A stretch of 63,776 nucleotides of DNA, filler included, from Octopus bimaculoides (GCF_001194135.2; 4 parts of 3 records of this genome joined end to end with filler, not necessarily neighbours in it), one strand, 5' to 3'. Counted from the first letter of the whole stretch, positions 1 to 14,214 are shown. The notes: generated from the letters alone by a model not told the origin. Made by a program: numbers and translations.

Positions 1-59
<59 letters not shown>

Positions 60-120
60 GTATATAAGCATACATTCATACATACATGCTAACATACATA
101 CTAAAATACATACATATTAT
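1..120. repeat. (TA)n / (TACA)n microsatellite
   Basis: Directly visible. Confidence 0.95.
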
Positions 121-140
121 ACATATATACATACATCAAC

Positions 141-700
141 AGTAATATAGACCGCCTCTACCTGAAACGAAATCAAGGAGGTAATAGCTTAAAATCCATT
201 GAACCAATGAAACACTCTTTGAAAATAGGCCAATGTCCTTCCGACCACAGCTATTAATTATCATCTGTTGAATTATATTCTTGGATCAAGTCAAAGTGCT
301 TGAGGTAGTAAAACTTTCCCGATACATGGGAACCAGACCATAATACTATTGAACAGAGGCAAACACATTTCAAACAGAAAAAAGCAAAATGTAAAGTAAA
401 TTTTTATGAACATAAATAAAAAAATAACAGTCGTACGATAAAAGAAAAAAAAAGCATAGAAAGGAAGCCGAAAATAACCGGAGCAATACAGAAAACACGT
501 GACAATACGTATCAACAACAAAAGCACATACACACACACGTACTTGGTCACATGATAGTTTGAAAGTACAAACCAAACATTTTAGTTTGTAAGTGTACTT
601 CCCAACAAGAAATTCCTTGCCATGAACCGTTTCATGAGAACAAATGCGTGGAAATATTTTGTTCAAAAGACCGGTGTCTCTTTGCGAAAATGTATTTACC
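141..700 (+). mobile_element. Degenerate R4/Dong-type non-LTR retrotransposon fragment (post-RT region)
   Basis: The frame from 141 reads SNIDRLYLKRNQGGNSLKSIE, like the RLY(L/V)xRxxGGRGL motif downstream of RT in REL-endonuclease LINEs. Around 550-620, DSLKVQTKHF..TSQQEIP resembles LKxETEGFI.A.QEQEI. Heavily decayed. Confidence 0.5.
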
Positions 701-919
701 AAGTAATCTAGAGTAAAATGGTAACATACCTAGACTGCAGGGCCGTTCCTGCAAGTACGCGGAGTAAAATTTTCTTTATTGAGAGAGGAAGAGTGAATAG
801 CAACATATACATTGTCTAAAGCTGGTTCCACATTTTGGCAAACTAAACTCTTTGTTTGTGATCGTACTAAGGTCGATTTAATCCAGTAACCCTTTTCACT
901 ATATTGCTGAACTTGCGCC

Positions 920-1390
920 TAAGTTAGAAATTATGGCAGAATTGTTAGAGGATTAAAAAAAATACCTTGCTGTATTTTTGTGTTTCTACAATCTGAGTTC
1001 AAATCCCACCGAGGACAACTTTGCCTTTCAACATCTCGCGAGTCAATTAAATAGTTAAAGCATCAGTCGAATACTGAGATCGACGTAATCGATTATCCCT
1101 GCTCCGCGAAATTGCTGACTTTGTATCTAAATCTGAAACAAAGATAAGGTGGCGAGCAAGCAGAATCGTAAGAGAGTCGGAAAAAGTGCCTTATGTTATT
1201 TGCATCTGAATTCAAATCCCTCCGGAATAGATAGAATACAGTACCAATTAAGTACTAGTGTCGATGGTATCGACTAATCCCCTCCCCTAATAACTGCTGT
1301 ACCTAAACCAGAAACCATTATTACTATTTTTGTTGTTGTTATCACATTTATGTTCTGAGTATAAATCTTGCCAGCATTAACTTTGTCTTA
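920..1390 (+). mobile_element. Cluster of 2-3 degenerate SINE family A copies
   Basis: GGCAGAATxGTTAG A-box region, GAGTTCAAATCC B-box and GACTTTGCCTTTCA body, repeated. Confidence 0.75.
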
Positions 1391-1499
1391 TTCTTATGAT
1401 CGATAACTTGACTTAAACACAATATTGTGCTCAACAGACAGTATTCTTATCTATAAATTTTTCTCTTGTGCCTGGTTGATGAACATATCAGAAGAATGT

Positions 1500-1705
1500 C
1501 AACGAGGGAGACCATGTGATCGGTCTGCAAGAAATAACAGCCAAATTGCTCTCAAACCACATCTGTGTTAAATAAGGAAAAGACAAATTCGACAATGTAG
1601 TCCTAGATATTCTAAAAAAGACGAGATTACCACAACTGGAGTGTCTTTGATGACAGGTCTGCTCGATTAGGATAGACATAGTGTTAAGCATCACCAGCGA
1701 CAACA
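1500..1705 (+). mobile_element. Interspersed repeat family D (probable SINE 3' part, CAA-type tail)
   Basis: Shares GAAATA(A/G)CAxCCAAAT, ACAxATTxGACxATGT and TCTTTGAT..GTCTG motifs with 2745-2972; partial similarity to 37950-38140. Confidence 0.5.
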
Positions 1706-2744
1706 ATGGTAGTATTGACGTCAGAGAACAAAAGAAATAAGAAGTAATATGCTAAGCTTGGCAAGAAAATCTTACGGTTTGTTGGACACGTAGAACAAAA
1801 GCCAAACTGATATCGAAAGATTTAATTTCTTCTCTCATTTCTTGCCAGGATTAACTTCATCTTTCAGCTGCTCGGCTGTCAATAATTTCTGTAAATATAT
1901 AAGAGAGTTCAAGAAGGTGATTTGCCGTTAGGGATGAAGTAATCTAACGTTTCTGAGAGTTGCTCTAATTCTTCGAAGAGAAAGAGTACATAACAGCGTT
2001 ATCGTTTTGGTTGTAAAAATTACAAATGAGAATATTAAAGTGAACTGAGAAAACGAATAAAGTAAAGGAGTAATGGGAAGAGATTAGTATGGGGAGTAAG
2101 GGGTGTAAGCTAGTGGGAAATGACGTGAATTAGTGTGCGAAACTGTTCGATGGGAAGGCGGTGAAGCAGTGTTGGTCAGGTCGAGTGAGGTGGTAGGTAT
2201 GTGAAAATGCTAGGTAAAGAGATGGACAAAAAGACACATACACAGGCAATTTTGAAAGAGTTATATTCTTCTTTTTCTTGATGAATAGTTTTCGTACCTA
2301 AGTATAGTAATAGAGCTTATAAAAGCCGACGGAGGAGCCTATATTCGGTCATTTAACTTGCTAGAAATATTTATGGAATTCCCCTCAGACTATTATATAT
2401 CGACAGGTGACATGTATGCAGGGTAATAGAGTAATGGACTCACTAGGCTGTAAACAAACCAACTGTAGAATATCCATTAGAGATTCGTGTAAATTTTAGT
2501 TTCTGTTGTAGTTGTTGCTGTTTAGATTCCAGATTAACCATTGATCAAGAAGTTTTCTGATGAAGTGTTCAGGGTGTAATTTTTGAACAGAATGAACACT
2601 TGCATCAGGAAATTCTCTTGATCTAGATTAATCTGGGGACCAAACAACACCAACCAGTACCAGCACCAGCAGCAGTAGCAGCAGCACCACAACAACAACA
2701 ACAATATCAAGAATTAGAGTTTACATGAACCTTTGAGGGACCTC

Positions 2745-2972
2745 TACAGAGTTGACTGATCTAGAAATAGCAACCAAATCTTCCTAATGTCACATACATA
2801 CTACAGTTTTAAAAAAAAAGAGAAAGGACACATTTGACTAATGTGCAAAGATAGAGGTTTCTCCCTTCCAAAACAGGTGGGGCGAGGAAAAAATGAAAAA
2901 ATGGCGTCTTTGATCGTCTGTCAGCTCCATCAGGGCCGATCAGGATTAAACAACAGAAACAAAAGCAACAGT
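2745..2972 (+). mobile_element. Interspersed repeat family D copy
   Basis: Same motifs as 1500-1705; ends in AAACAACAG. Confidence 0.5.
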
Positions 2973-3279
2973 TGTTTCATAGAATTCATGTTTAATGAAA
3001 AGCAATGTTTCATGACTTAATTTACCCATATCGTAATGAATGTTGGAATGAAACTCTCAGGGGTCTAACTTAAAACTAAACAAGTAAAAATTCATCTCTA
3101 ATCCGAAATGCACTTTCTGCTGTAATCCATTATCGTGTTTGTGGATGGTGGTAGGGGAAACGACTAATGAATATGGAAAAACACGTTCTGCCGTAGGGAT
3201 TTGAAAATAGCACTCTTCATACGCTTTATACATTATCGAAGATCTATTACTCTCTCTACATCACTCACGCTTGCACACT

Positions 3280-3280
<1 letters not shown>

Positions 3281-3324
<44 letters not shown>

Positions 3325-3355
3325 AATCTATCTATCTATCTATCTATCTATCTAT
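3281..3355. repeat. (ATCT)n microsatellite
   Basis: Directly visible. Confidence 0.95.
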
Positions 3356-3751
3356 TTTTTTCTTACATTCTTTCCCTCTCTTACCTCCTTCCTGTTATAT
3401 ACGCACACATATATGTATATACATATGCATGCATACACAAGCACACATACACACATATGATATATAATATTTATAGACGTAGTTGTGTATGCTTGTAGGC
3501 TGTGTGAATGGCAAATTTGATTTGTTCTGTAAATTATACATATTGCAATGAATAACAAATATAACCGAAACCAATAATAACAAAACATTTTTCTTTCATC
3601 AAAAATGCTTTGCATACACATTCATATCATCAATGCCCACGCAACACTGTATAGAGTGTATCAGTCAGTCATAATTGATACTAGAGAGATTGTCACTATT
3701 TATAAAATATAGTACATTTAACAAATAACAAAGCATACTTTCATGCTATAG

Positions 3752-3802
<51 letters not shown>

Positions 3803-3913
3803 TTCAACTGAATGTTGTCTAAAATATATATTACCGTAAACTTATATACTTGTAAACATGGATATGAAGTGTGATTGGTCACTTCAAGTTACTGAAGCAA
3901 TTGTAAATTATGG

Positions 3914-3915
<2 letters not shown>

Positions 3916-3992
<77 letters not shown>
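3916..3992. repeat. (CA)n microsatellite
   Basis: Directly visible; abuts the Gypsy remnant. Confidence 0.95.
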
Positions 3993-3997
<5 letters not shown>

Positions 3998-4039
3998 TCA
4001 AGCACGCACGCATGCACGCAAGTATAGACACAAACTACA

Positions 4040-6600
4040 TTTTCCAAAACTCTTCTTCCTTCTTGCCATTTCTTTTCCTCTGTGTACCGTTATCATAGCC
4101 TGTGGTATCCGGGACACCATACCCAGCAAAACACTCGTGTAGAAATTCCACTGTTACCGTGGATGTCGGTTTTCTACATTTACTCATTTCTGGACATTTT
4201 GTATAGCTATCTAACACTGTTAGATGATACGATCGGTTTAACGGTCCTACGAAGTTTATGTGTAGTCTGGACCGTGGAATATCGGTCTTGGGCCAAGGTT
4301 GAAATTTTATAGGTGGTGATTTCGCTGCAAGAGTACACCTTCTGCAGGATTTTACCAACTTCTCGGTATCAAGACCCATTTTGGCCAGTAAACATAACAC
4401 CTCATAAGCGACTTCATTCTAGACATTTCTGGATGTCCAGTGTGGAATTCATTTAACATTCGACCCTATAGTGAGGCAGGCATTACAACACTCTGTGCAT
4501 ACATAAGCACATTATCACATATCGAATACAAATTCAAAACTGTGTTACGTCCAGCCACACGTATTTTTTTTATTTGTTTCTTCTGATCTCACTATTTTTT
4601 TCATTTTTATTATAAACTCGTCCGTCTCAGTCATAATCTTTATTTCTTCCAATGTCACCGGCAATTTACGCACAACATTGCACAATATATTTTAAATTTC
4701 ATTTTCGGTTTTTAACGCCGTTATCACTGTGTTTTCTAGTGGTTCACTGTATTTTGGTATTAATCTTGACAAACCATCTGCATGTCCCAATTTTTTCAAT
4801 GGCAAATACTCTACCATGAAGTTGTAATTCAGTAGGATCGTTCCCTAGCGTTGCAATCTGTTTGCTGTGTGAGTGGGGATACCCTTTTTTTTTAATCCAT
4901 AAATCGACAATAATGGGCAGTGGTCTGTCTTCAGACAGAACCTTCTTCCATGCATAAATTTATGGATTTTTTTTTACCGTAAATATGATGATCAATGCCT
5001 CTTTTTCTATTTGAATGTAGCTCTGCCGGCAATAAAGAACTCAAAGCATGAGTTACTGCTTTCAGGCTACCATCTTCATCCTTGTGTAAAATCACAGCTC
5101 CGATACCACTTTCAATAACATCTGCTGCCACTACTATTTCTAAATTCGAGTCAAAGTGTAATAACGACAATTCCGATGTTAAGACGTTTTTAATTTTTTC
5201 AAAAGCTTTTTGGCATTTGTCCCATCAGTTACACTTAACGTCTTTTTGAAATAAGTTATTCAGAGGTGCCCTTAAATCGTGCATATTCGGCATGTACACC
5301 TGGTAGTAATTTGCAACCCCCCACCCCAATGCTTGTAACGTTGTAATGTTGTTGGGAGAGGAATATTTTTTATTGCACTCGCCCTAGACGGGTCTGGTTT
5401 GCGTCCATTTTCATCAATAATCTGCCCTAGGTATTTTATTCTTGGCATAAAAAATTCATACTTTTCCTCGCTGAGCTTAAAACCATACTCTTATTCTTTC
5501 GAAGACCTTTTTCACATGCTCAGCATGGTGACCTCGAGATTGACTTTTTATGAATTATATCATCCAGGTAAGCTACAGCGAAATCCGAATCTGCGAGCAT
5601 AATGTCCATAACTTGTTGGAAAATGCCACATGCTACCTTTATACCAAAGGGGTGTCAATTAAATTTATACAACCCTTTATGGGTATTTATTGTCAATAAT
5701 TTCGAACATTCTTCATCGAATTTTACTTGCAAATATGCTTCAGATAGGTCCAACTTTGAAAAAAATTTCCCTCCATATTCAACTTCGCGAAAATTTCCTC
5801 CGGACTTGGTAACAGGTAATTATATGGTATCAAACATTCGTTTAATTCCGTTGAGAAATCAGCGCATACTCGGATTTTATTATTGTTTTTCTTGACATAA
5901 ACTGTTGGGGACGCCAATTTTCCAACAACGCCAAGCTTTTCAAATCTATCTAATTCTTCGTTGACTTGTTTCACCGCTCCGAAAGGTACCGTTCTTTTTG
6001 GTTTAAATACCGGTAGAGCGTTTTCTTTCACTTGAAACTTCGCCTCTGTTTTGGTGCAAAGACCCAATTCCTCAGAAAAAAACTTCTGGAAAAATCTGTT
6101 TTAATTCTTTTTTAAAATCTTCCGACGCCTTATTTGTAATGGCAGAAAAACCATCACATTTTTACGAAAAATATTTATGGGTGGGTCCCATAAGTTAAAT
6201 AGTTCTGTTCAGTCTGTTCCAAATAAATTATATTTTTCAACACAAAAACTTTGGCTTTCAAGGTTTTTCCACGAAATGTAACGTCACTTATCATTTCGCC
6301 CATAAATGCAATTTTTTTTTCTGAAACACCGCGCAATTTTCGAAGTTTCCTTTAATCTAGGTTTCCCTATTTTTCTCCGTGTATCTGTATTAATTATTGT
6401 TGTCTGTACCCAATAGTAACTTGATATTCACATTATTAATTTTTTATGGACACAAATTTTCTTTTCTGAGAGTCGCTTAGAATTTTTTTAAACAATACAT
6501 TCTTTCTAAACGTCTTTTTGTTTGACCCTTTTTTGTTTCGCTATACAATGTGAGATTTTACGTCCGATTTTTCCACAGTCAAAAGATTTATGATTCTTAA
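4040..6600 (-). mobile_element. Ty3/Gypsy LTR-retrotransposon internal remnant (gag knuckle, RT, RNase H, integrase), frameshifted
   Basis: Minus strand: a decayed CCHC-like knuckle FDCGKIGRKISHC (~6545-6590); RT PTVYVKKNNNKIRVCADFS, FSKLDLSEAYLQ..LTINTHKGLYKFN*HPFG and YLDD at 5559-5570; RNase H IVVAADVIESGIGAVILH (4931-5170); integrase WPKTDIPRSRLHINFVGP..LTVLDSYTKCPE (4035-4400). RT-RH-IN order is Gypsy-type. Stops and frameshifts throughout; no LTRs found. Confidence 0.92.
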
Positions 6601-6608
6601 TAGGATAA

Positions 6609-6677
<69 letters not shown>
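6609..6677. repeat. (CA)n microsatellite
   Basis: Directly visible. Confidence 0.95.
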
Positions 6678-6681
<4 letters not shown>

Positions 6682-6759
6682 GAGCGCATAAGGTATTTGA
6701 GGATATACCTTTTTTGGGTCATTGCTCCATTTTTTGCTAACACTGTATAATCTTCATTT

Positions 6760-7140
6760 CAGAAAATAATAAGAGCAGACCCTCAGCTTACTCAAGAAAT
6801 GAAGAGGCAAGCTATTATTGCGGTAATAAAGGCTGACCATAGGGATTTAGAAATATCTCGACTTTTAAAAGTTGCAGATCTTTCGTCTACAATGCTTGTA
6901 AGGAGCTAAAGACTAAAGATGGAAACGTATCACCAGTATCAAAACATAAAAAGCATTCTAAACACTCTGAAATCATCAGAACACCTAAATTTATCCAGTA
7001 AGTTCAACAGACCATTGATTACGATCCCAGAAAGTCCATTAGGTCAATTGCAAAAGATCTCCATGTGTCAGAAGGAACAGTCAGAAATGTCTACGAAGAC
7101 ATCAAATATAAGTCTTAGATGATGAGTAAAGGTCTATTTG
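6760..7140 (+). mobile_element. Tc1/mariner-superfamily transposase N-terminal (HTH) remnant
   Basis: By-eye translation across a frameshift: LTQEMKRQAIIAVIKADHRDLEISRLLKVA..RTPKFIQ*VQQTIDYDPRKSIRSIAKDLHVSEGTVRN. PRKSIRSIAKDLHVS is a typical second HTH. Confidence 0.75.
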
Positions 7141-7781
7141 TCAGAGTGAAAGTTTTTCTCGGTTGAAAAAAAACAAAAAACAAATCAAATCTTCTTCTGT
7201 TGGATTTTTCAGTTTGTTTAAGAGCCTTTTAGATATAATGGAGTGATTTTCTTTTGCATCGTTGTAGGATGGGTCGAAACGATTGTTGTGAGCAATAAAT
7301 TTCTCCTATATTCCATTTTTCGTCTCTATCATTTGTTGTGTGCATGTATAAATAAATGCCTATGTATGTAATTCTACATTGTATATGTTATATATATAAA
7401 TATGCCTACATACGTATTTAATAATATGCATATATAGTTATATATATATACGTATCCATTATATTTAAAGTTTATATTTCCATTATATCCCGTATAATCG
7501 AGTGTAAAAATATTAAATTAATTTATCATTTAGCCATCCAGGGAGATAAGATAGAAATTACGAGAACGTATATTGTTGTAATGAACATCAAAGTCAATCA
7601 AGTATTATATAATTGATTGTATCTCCACAACTTCGCCATATACTAAGGTTATGCATAGTATTCGATTTCATTACGCGCTTATCAGATATTGGTACAAAAC
7701 TGATGGCCCGGAATTAATAGAAGCATTACCAGCAGAGTGTAGTTAAAAATAAAGTTATACGCGCATGCACACACACACACG

Positions 7782-7867
<86 letters not shown>

Positions 7868-8114
7868 TTTAGTTTAAGTTCCTCCAATATTCTGGTGCAC
7901 GCTGGGCAGCAAGTTGGCGTCAACGCTTCCTGCTGGTTGCAACATTCCCTGCATCTGGCCGTGTGATATTGACCTCCATCGCATCGGTTACGAATGTTCT
8001 GTGTTATATGGTTCTCGCTCTTCTCTTTCATTTTCCGTTCAGTGGTTTCCATCTGAATGTTGCTTTAGAAACCTTTTTTTCTTGAAGCCGGAGTGTGTGA
8101 TCTGCTGACCTGCT

Positions 8115-8420
8115 AGTTTTGATCTTTCTTCTTTCTTTTTTACACTCCAGCCATGCATGGGCATGGCCTTGAAGAAGTTTTAGTCGAATGAATCGACCGC
8201 ACTACTTATTTTTTTTTGCAAAGCCTTGTCCTTATTCAATCGGTCTTTTTTGCCGAACCGCTAAGATACGGGGACGTAAACACACCAACACCGGTTGTCA
8301 AGCAGTGGTGGGGGCAAACACAGACAGACAAATAAACACATGACGGGCTTCTTCCAGTTTCCGCCTACCAAATCCCCTCACAAGGCTTTGGTCGGCCCGA
8401 GACTATAGTACAAGACACGG
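8115..8420 (-). mobile_element. SINE family B (CORE-like), 5'-truncated
   Basis: Reverse complement of the family B body and tail (GGCCGACCAAAGCCTTGTGAG; TTTACGTCCCCGTA..TTAGCGGTTCGGCAAAA). Confidence 0.8.
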
Positions 8421-8449
8421 TACCTAGCAATGATTTCGTTACATATTTG

Positions 8450-8900
<451 letters not shown>

Positions 8901-9808
8901 AACACCTGCGTTACAAACTCTCTCACACACATATACACTCATATACATATGTGTGTGTCATTGTGTGCGCGCGCATGCGTGTTTGTGATTGTGAGTATGT
9001 GAATAAGCATATACAAACACATGTAACTATGAGCTATGTAATTTGTAAATTTAATCGAAAAGTTATTTGAAAAGATTATCAGCAAAAGCTGTTAAACAAA
9101 TTATCAAATACTGCAATCGTGTTTAGACATTTCTTAACTATTAATCATATTAGCTTCGAGAAATATACATCAAATACACAATTCAAGCACACCCACCTAC
9201 GTATGTATGTATGTATGTATGTATGTACTGTATATATACATATTTGCATCTGTATCTATACAAGGTATATATACTAATCACATATACATACGCGCATGAA
9301 CACATATGCACAAACATATACTAACACATACACACACATATATAAGGAATATGGCCAGGATAGTGTTCTGAAGAGTATATTGACTGGCCTCAGTTCTTCA
9401 TATCATATTTATTTAGACACCTTGTATTACATTTGTGAGTGCGCATGTGTACGTGTGTCTGTTTAGTTTTGGTATACTGTGGTTCGTTTTCGCATAAGTA
9501 AGTGGTTTGGTTTATGTTCGGTTCCAGTGTTTGTATATGTGTTTGTATGTATGTGTATATGTGTGTATTTGTGTATGCGTGCGTATGTGAAGAAGGACCT
9601 ATATAAGGAACTTTTAGTAGATAAATAAAAAGAAGAAGAGCTATGAAGAAGCTTTTGAAAGAGGTATTATATTAGAGTTCTTGGAATCTAGTGTGGGCTA
9701 TCGCTTTATTCATTTGCATTTATGCGGGTAACGGACAGGTTAAATTGTGTGTGCAAAAAAGCGCTAACCATCCATTGTGTGAGTATTTATCTTTCGTTGT
9801 TCGGATTG

Positions 9809-10040
9809 TACCAGATGCATACCAGAGGTTTACAGACTTTTTCAGGAGTGATATTTATTGATTTCAAAGAAGTACGAAACTAATCTTCTACAAATTCCCA
9901 ATTAAAGTAGGTTAATTTTACCTCGCCACACTTGTAGCACTCCAGCTACTTCGTGACGATTCCATGAAAGTCCTCCAAAGTGAAAGTGTCCATTACTCTT
10001 GTTACAGCCTCCTTCATCTTGAAAATAACTGCCTCTAAGA
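9809..10040 (-). mobile_element. mariner 3' end remnant with TIR-like terminus
   Basis: KMKEAVTRVMDTFTLEDFHGIVTK*LECYKC resembles the mariner C-terminus; ends in TA-CCAGATGCAT..TTTACAGACTTTTT, a TIR-like sequence. Confidence 0.65.
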
Positions 10041-10042
10041 CA

Positions 10043-10083
<41 letters not shown>

Positions 10084-10189
10084 GAGTGGGTGCGTGTGTG
10101 TGCGTGTGTGTATATACACACTCTCCTCCTCACACCCACGCATACACACTTAAAGCTGGATTATTTTTCTGTCATACTACAACTACGAG

Positions 10190-10395
10190 TTTCAACGTAA
10201 ATTCGGTTTTTGAGGCGTAGATAATTTTCCAAATTCTTGCTTCGATTGCTGAGATAACAATTGAAAAAAGAAATAACAAATCATTAAGTATGAAAGTATT
10301 AAAGTGGACGACAGACTTTATTCATAGCAATCAAAGCATTAACGCGCATAAAATGGAAAACCGAATATTATGGAAAACCGAATTTACACTAAAAC
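10190..10395. mobile_element. Probable MITE
   Basis: Perfect 14-bp inverted repeat GTAAATTCGGTTTT (10197-10210) / AAAACCGAATTTAC (10374-10387). Confidence 0.45.
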
Positions 10396-11199
10396 CAGTG
10401 CTATTTTAGACGGCTGATACAACTTTTTAATAAGATTATAAGTCGATATTTTTGTACTGTTAAACACCTCCTCGCTTCCCCACCCCGGAATTGCACTTTT
10501 GTTCGACGCTAACAATTCTGCCAATTCTTCACTATATATATATATATATNNNNNNNNNNNNNNNNNNNNNNNNNNNNNNNNNNNNNNATATATATACACC
10601 CATATATGTATACATACATATATGTCTATATAATATACGTATAAATATATATTTTATATATCTATAATATCTTTACATATGTATACACACACACATACAC
10701 ACATATATCATTTAAAACGCTTACCATTAATGCCTGCTATTTATTCCCTGTTGATTTTCATAAGATTGACTGTAATTGTTCTGTTGGACGCTCTACTGAT
10801 CCTGCTAATCCACAATTGGAAGCACATCATTGCCATTATATTGTTATCTCAATTTCTACTATTAGCACAACGCCCATGATTATAGTATAGCTCTTAAATG
10901 CTGCATTTAATCAGATCAGGAATATACAACATGATTTCCAACAACCACAAAACAAAAATTTCATTTTGAAAGCTTCAGTACGGTTGCCTGACTTGTTTAA
11001 ATGGAGTCAATAAAAATTTTCCCCAAACTGTGACCTGCGGTCTTAAAACGAATGGATACTGTGGCCATTATAGTCATAGGTATATTGCATCTGAAAGAAT
11101 AATAACGAAGTTGCAACGGTTGGTATGACCTTTATTAAGGTTTATTAAACAACAATAAAATCGCATACTGACAATTTGTTAGTGACAGAAAAAGATTGT

Positions 11200-11605
11200 G
11201 TCGGGCACTCTCATTTAGTCTCGTATTTCTTAATAATCTATGTTCTGAGTTCAAATCCCACCGAGGCTGATAAAACAAGTACCAGCTGAGTACTGGGATC
11301 GATGTAATCGACTTATTCCTTCTCTTAGAATTGCTACTCTTGTGCAAAATAACTAAAGGAACCACCGAAAGAAATAATAATTATTAACGCGGTGAGCTGG
11401 CAGAATCGTTAGCACGCCGGGCGAAATGCTTAGTCGTATTTCGTCTGCCGTTACATTCTGAGTTCAAATTCCGCCGAGGTCGACTTTGCCTTTCATCCTT
11501 TCGGGGTCGATAAAATAAAGTACCATTCTAGTACTGGAGTTGATGTAATCGACTAACCTCTCTTCCTAAAATAGCTGGCCTTGTTCCAAAATTAGAAAGA
11601 ATTAT
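11200..11605 (+). mobile_element. Head-to-tail dimer of SINE family A
   Basis: A degenerate copy (11200-11360) followed by a near-complete copy (11390-11600): GCGGTGAGCTGGCAGAATCGTTAG..GAGTTCAAATTCCGCC..GCCTTTCATCCTTTCGGGGTCGATAAA. Confidence 0.9.
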
Positions 11606-12339
11606 TGTTGTTGTTGTTGGAGTCGCTAAAATAAGATTTAGGTTGTTTACCGCAACTTATATATCGATCCATTATTAATATATGCCAAGGTTTCAAACTA
11701 CAAAGTCGCTATCAATAAGAATCAATAAAATAAAATACTTTGCGTTATTTGTATTGTGTATTTGCGGTCTGAGTTGAAATCTCACTGAGATCGACTTAAC
11801 TTTTATTGTTTCTGTTAGATACCCGTAGAGTACTTAACCAATCAACTCGTACCTATGTTAGAAAGCAGTAGCAATAGTAACAGTCATCTTTTAAAATTAA
11901 ATAGTAAATAAATTTAGAAAAGGAAGGATTAAATTAAAGATTCACGAATGTGAACAACTACAATCCATCACAATCCAAACCAGATGTCAGTTGCTATAAA
12001 AGTTTTATGAAACGAAACAACAATCGAAAACAATTAAAAAAACAAAACGAAATGAACTAATGAAGAATAAGAAAAAAGTGTACTAATCTCCGATAATCGT
12101 CGTAATTCAAATAATCTGGAAGGACATTTCGTAGAGGATATAACTACACTAAAGTCTGCTAAGAGAATAATTATAATTTGAATTATGTGAATAGGCTTAT
12201 GCCAGGAAATTCAGCAACATTAGATGTAGCTAAGAGAATATTATAAAAATAACGAGTCTGAAAATTAAATGAGACTGAAATGAGATAAATCTTTAAACAA
12301 TAACAATAATTGCTTTTGGTGTAATTGTAACTATTCTTT

Positions 12340-13720
12340 CTATATTATAATGTGAACAATAGCGCGGTGATGTGGAAGAAGAGAGTGAATGATGGATTAA
12401 TTTTCGCAAGACAGTGAAAGAAAGCAAAGCAGTGTTTGTGACATTTCGTGGTCATAAGAGACTAGTAAGATTGAAGAAGTAACTTGAACGTCTGTTGGTT
12501 GGTATTTGCAGGACAAAAATAAAATAAAAAGAGGTGGAAATAATTCCATAAGGTTGCAGTTTTAGAAAGCAAAGATTGGGCGAAGTGAGATAAAATAGGC
12601 AAAAAGGAGAAACAATTCGAGTGCAAACCGGTGGCAGACGTGACTTCAGTGAGTTTCTGTTGTTCAGTGGAACCGAGCAGTTGAACGACTTTCTTTGAAT
12701 GCGTAGGTCTAAGATGTTTGTATGTAACGCAAACATATAAAATATTTGAGTATCAGTCTTATGCGGTCTTATTCGAGATTTGTAGAGAAGCATCAACTGA
12801 TCAGGGCTGATATATTTCCTGGTGATAAAGAAGAATCCTATTCTTTGTGATGCGGTCTTGATATATCATATACGTGTGGTTACCAAAAGAGACCAGCAAA
12901 GGTTATCGAGACTAATATATATAAAGATTTTGAGAGTTTTAGTTATGTGTTATTCTTGATTTGAGAGGGAGACACACAATGCTATTTCTTTGAAATATGA
13001 AATGATTGTTGTTGGCACTCCATCGCTTACGACGTCGAGGATTCCAGTTGATCCGATCAACGGAACAGCCTGCTCGTGAAATTAACATGCAAGTGGCTGA
13101 GCACTCCACAGACACGTGTACTCTTAACGTAGTTCTCCAGGATATTCAGCATGACACAGTGTGACAAGGCTGACCCTTTGAATTACAGGCACAACAGAAA
13201 CAGGAAGTAAGAGTGAGAGAAAGTTGAGGTGAAAGAGTACAGCAGGGTTCGCCACCATCCCCTGCCGGAGCCTCGTGGTGCTTTAGGTGTTTTCGCTCAA
13301 TAAACACTCACAACGCCCGATCCTATGACCGCGAGTCCGCTGCCCTAACCACTGGGCCATTGCGCCTCCACTCTTAAGGAAATAATGTATGGCTATATGA
13401 CGTTTAGGTCATGTGTCGACGATGCTTGTGCGAGGAAAGTTAAGGTGTGTATCATATGAATGATATACAGTACTTGACTTAACAAGTGTCTGGTGTGTTA
13501 GTGAGCCTGTTAAGGATATAAATAAGTGTAGATAGTAAATGATGTAGAGAATCCAGAATAACAGTTAATTTAGTCTCCGAGTTAGTATTGTCGATGCTGG
13601 AGATGTATGACTACCAGAAAGAAATGTGAATATATTGACGGTTCCAGATATGATGAAGGTGGGGAGAACAGACTCCTTCGTGAATTGAGAGAAATGGGTT
13701 GTACGGAATGTGGGTTCTAG
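12340..13720 (-). mobile_element. CR1/L2-group LINE RT C-terminal remnant interrupted by a SINE
   Basis: Minus frame KTASQRIGFFFITRKYISPDQLMLLYKSRIRPH..LDLRIQRK (12670-12870) resembles ASxKLGFLFR..LYKxxIRP.LEY. A possible decayed QGSVLxPTLF-like segment (KESVLPTFII) lies near 13660-13690. Confidence 0.65.
13006..13370 (-). mobile_element. tRNA-derived SINE family C with (CAA)n tail
   Basis: Head GGAGGCGCAATGGCCCAGTGGTTAGGGCAGCGGACTCGCGGTC contains an A-box; no B-box is seen in this copy. Tail ..GATGGAGTGCCAACAAC. Confidence 0.8.
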
Positions 13721-14025
13721 GTACGCGTTGGTACCAAATTTCATAGTATTTTAGAGTATAGAATTTGTGGTACCTCATTATTTCCCAGATTAATTTTGCT
13801 TTTCATTATTCATTAACGATAAAATAAATTGCCATATTTATTTTCTTAAACAAATGCTATTAATTATAAAATGATTAATTTTCTATACTTGTGAATTTGC
13901 ATTTTTTCATTTTATTAAATATAATTAAAATATTGATATTTTTTAACTTTGACGTAAGGAATTTGTGACGCTAAGGAAAGTAATTCTAAGTAAAGTAATG
14001 CAGCAACATTGATGATGGTTATAGC

Positions 14026-14058
<33 letters not shown>

Positions 14059-14137
14059 GTGACGTTTATTTGTTAAAGTTATTGACTTGTTTGTTGGTTG
14101 TGGTAGCATAGCCATCATTATCATTAGTATCAGCAGT

Positions 14138-14214
14138 ATAATATTTTTATAATATTTTTATAATATTTTTATAATATTTTTATAATATTTTTATAATATT
14201 TTTATAATATTTTT
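14138..14214. repeat. 11-bp tandem repeat (ATAATATTTTT) x7
   Basis: Directly visible. Confidence 0.9.
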
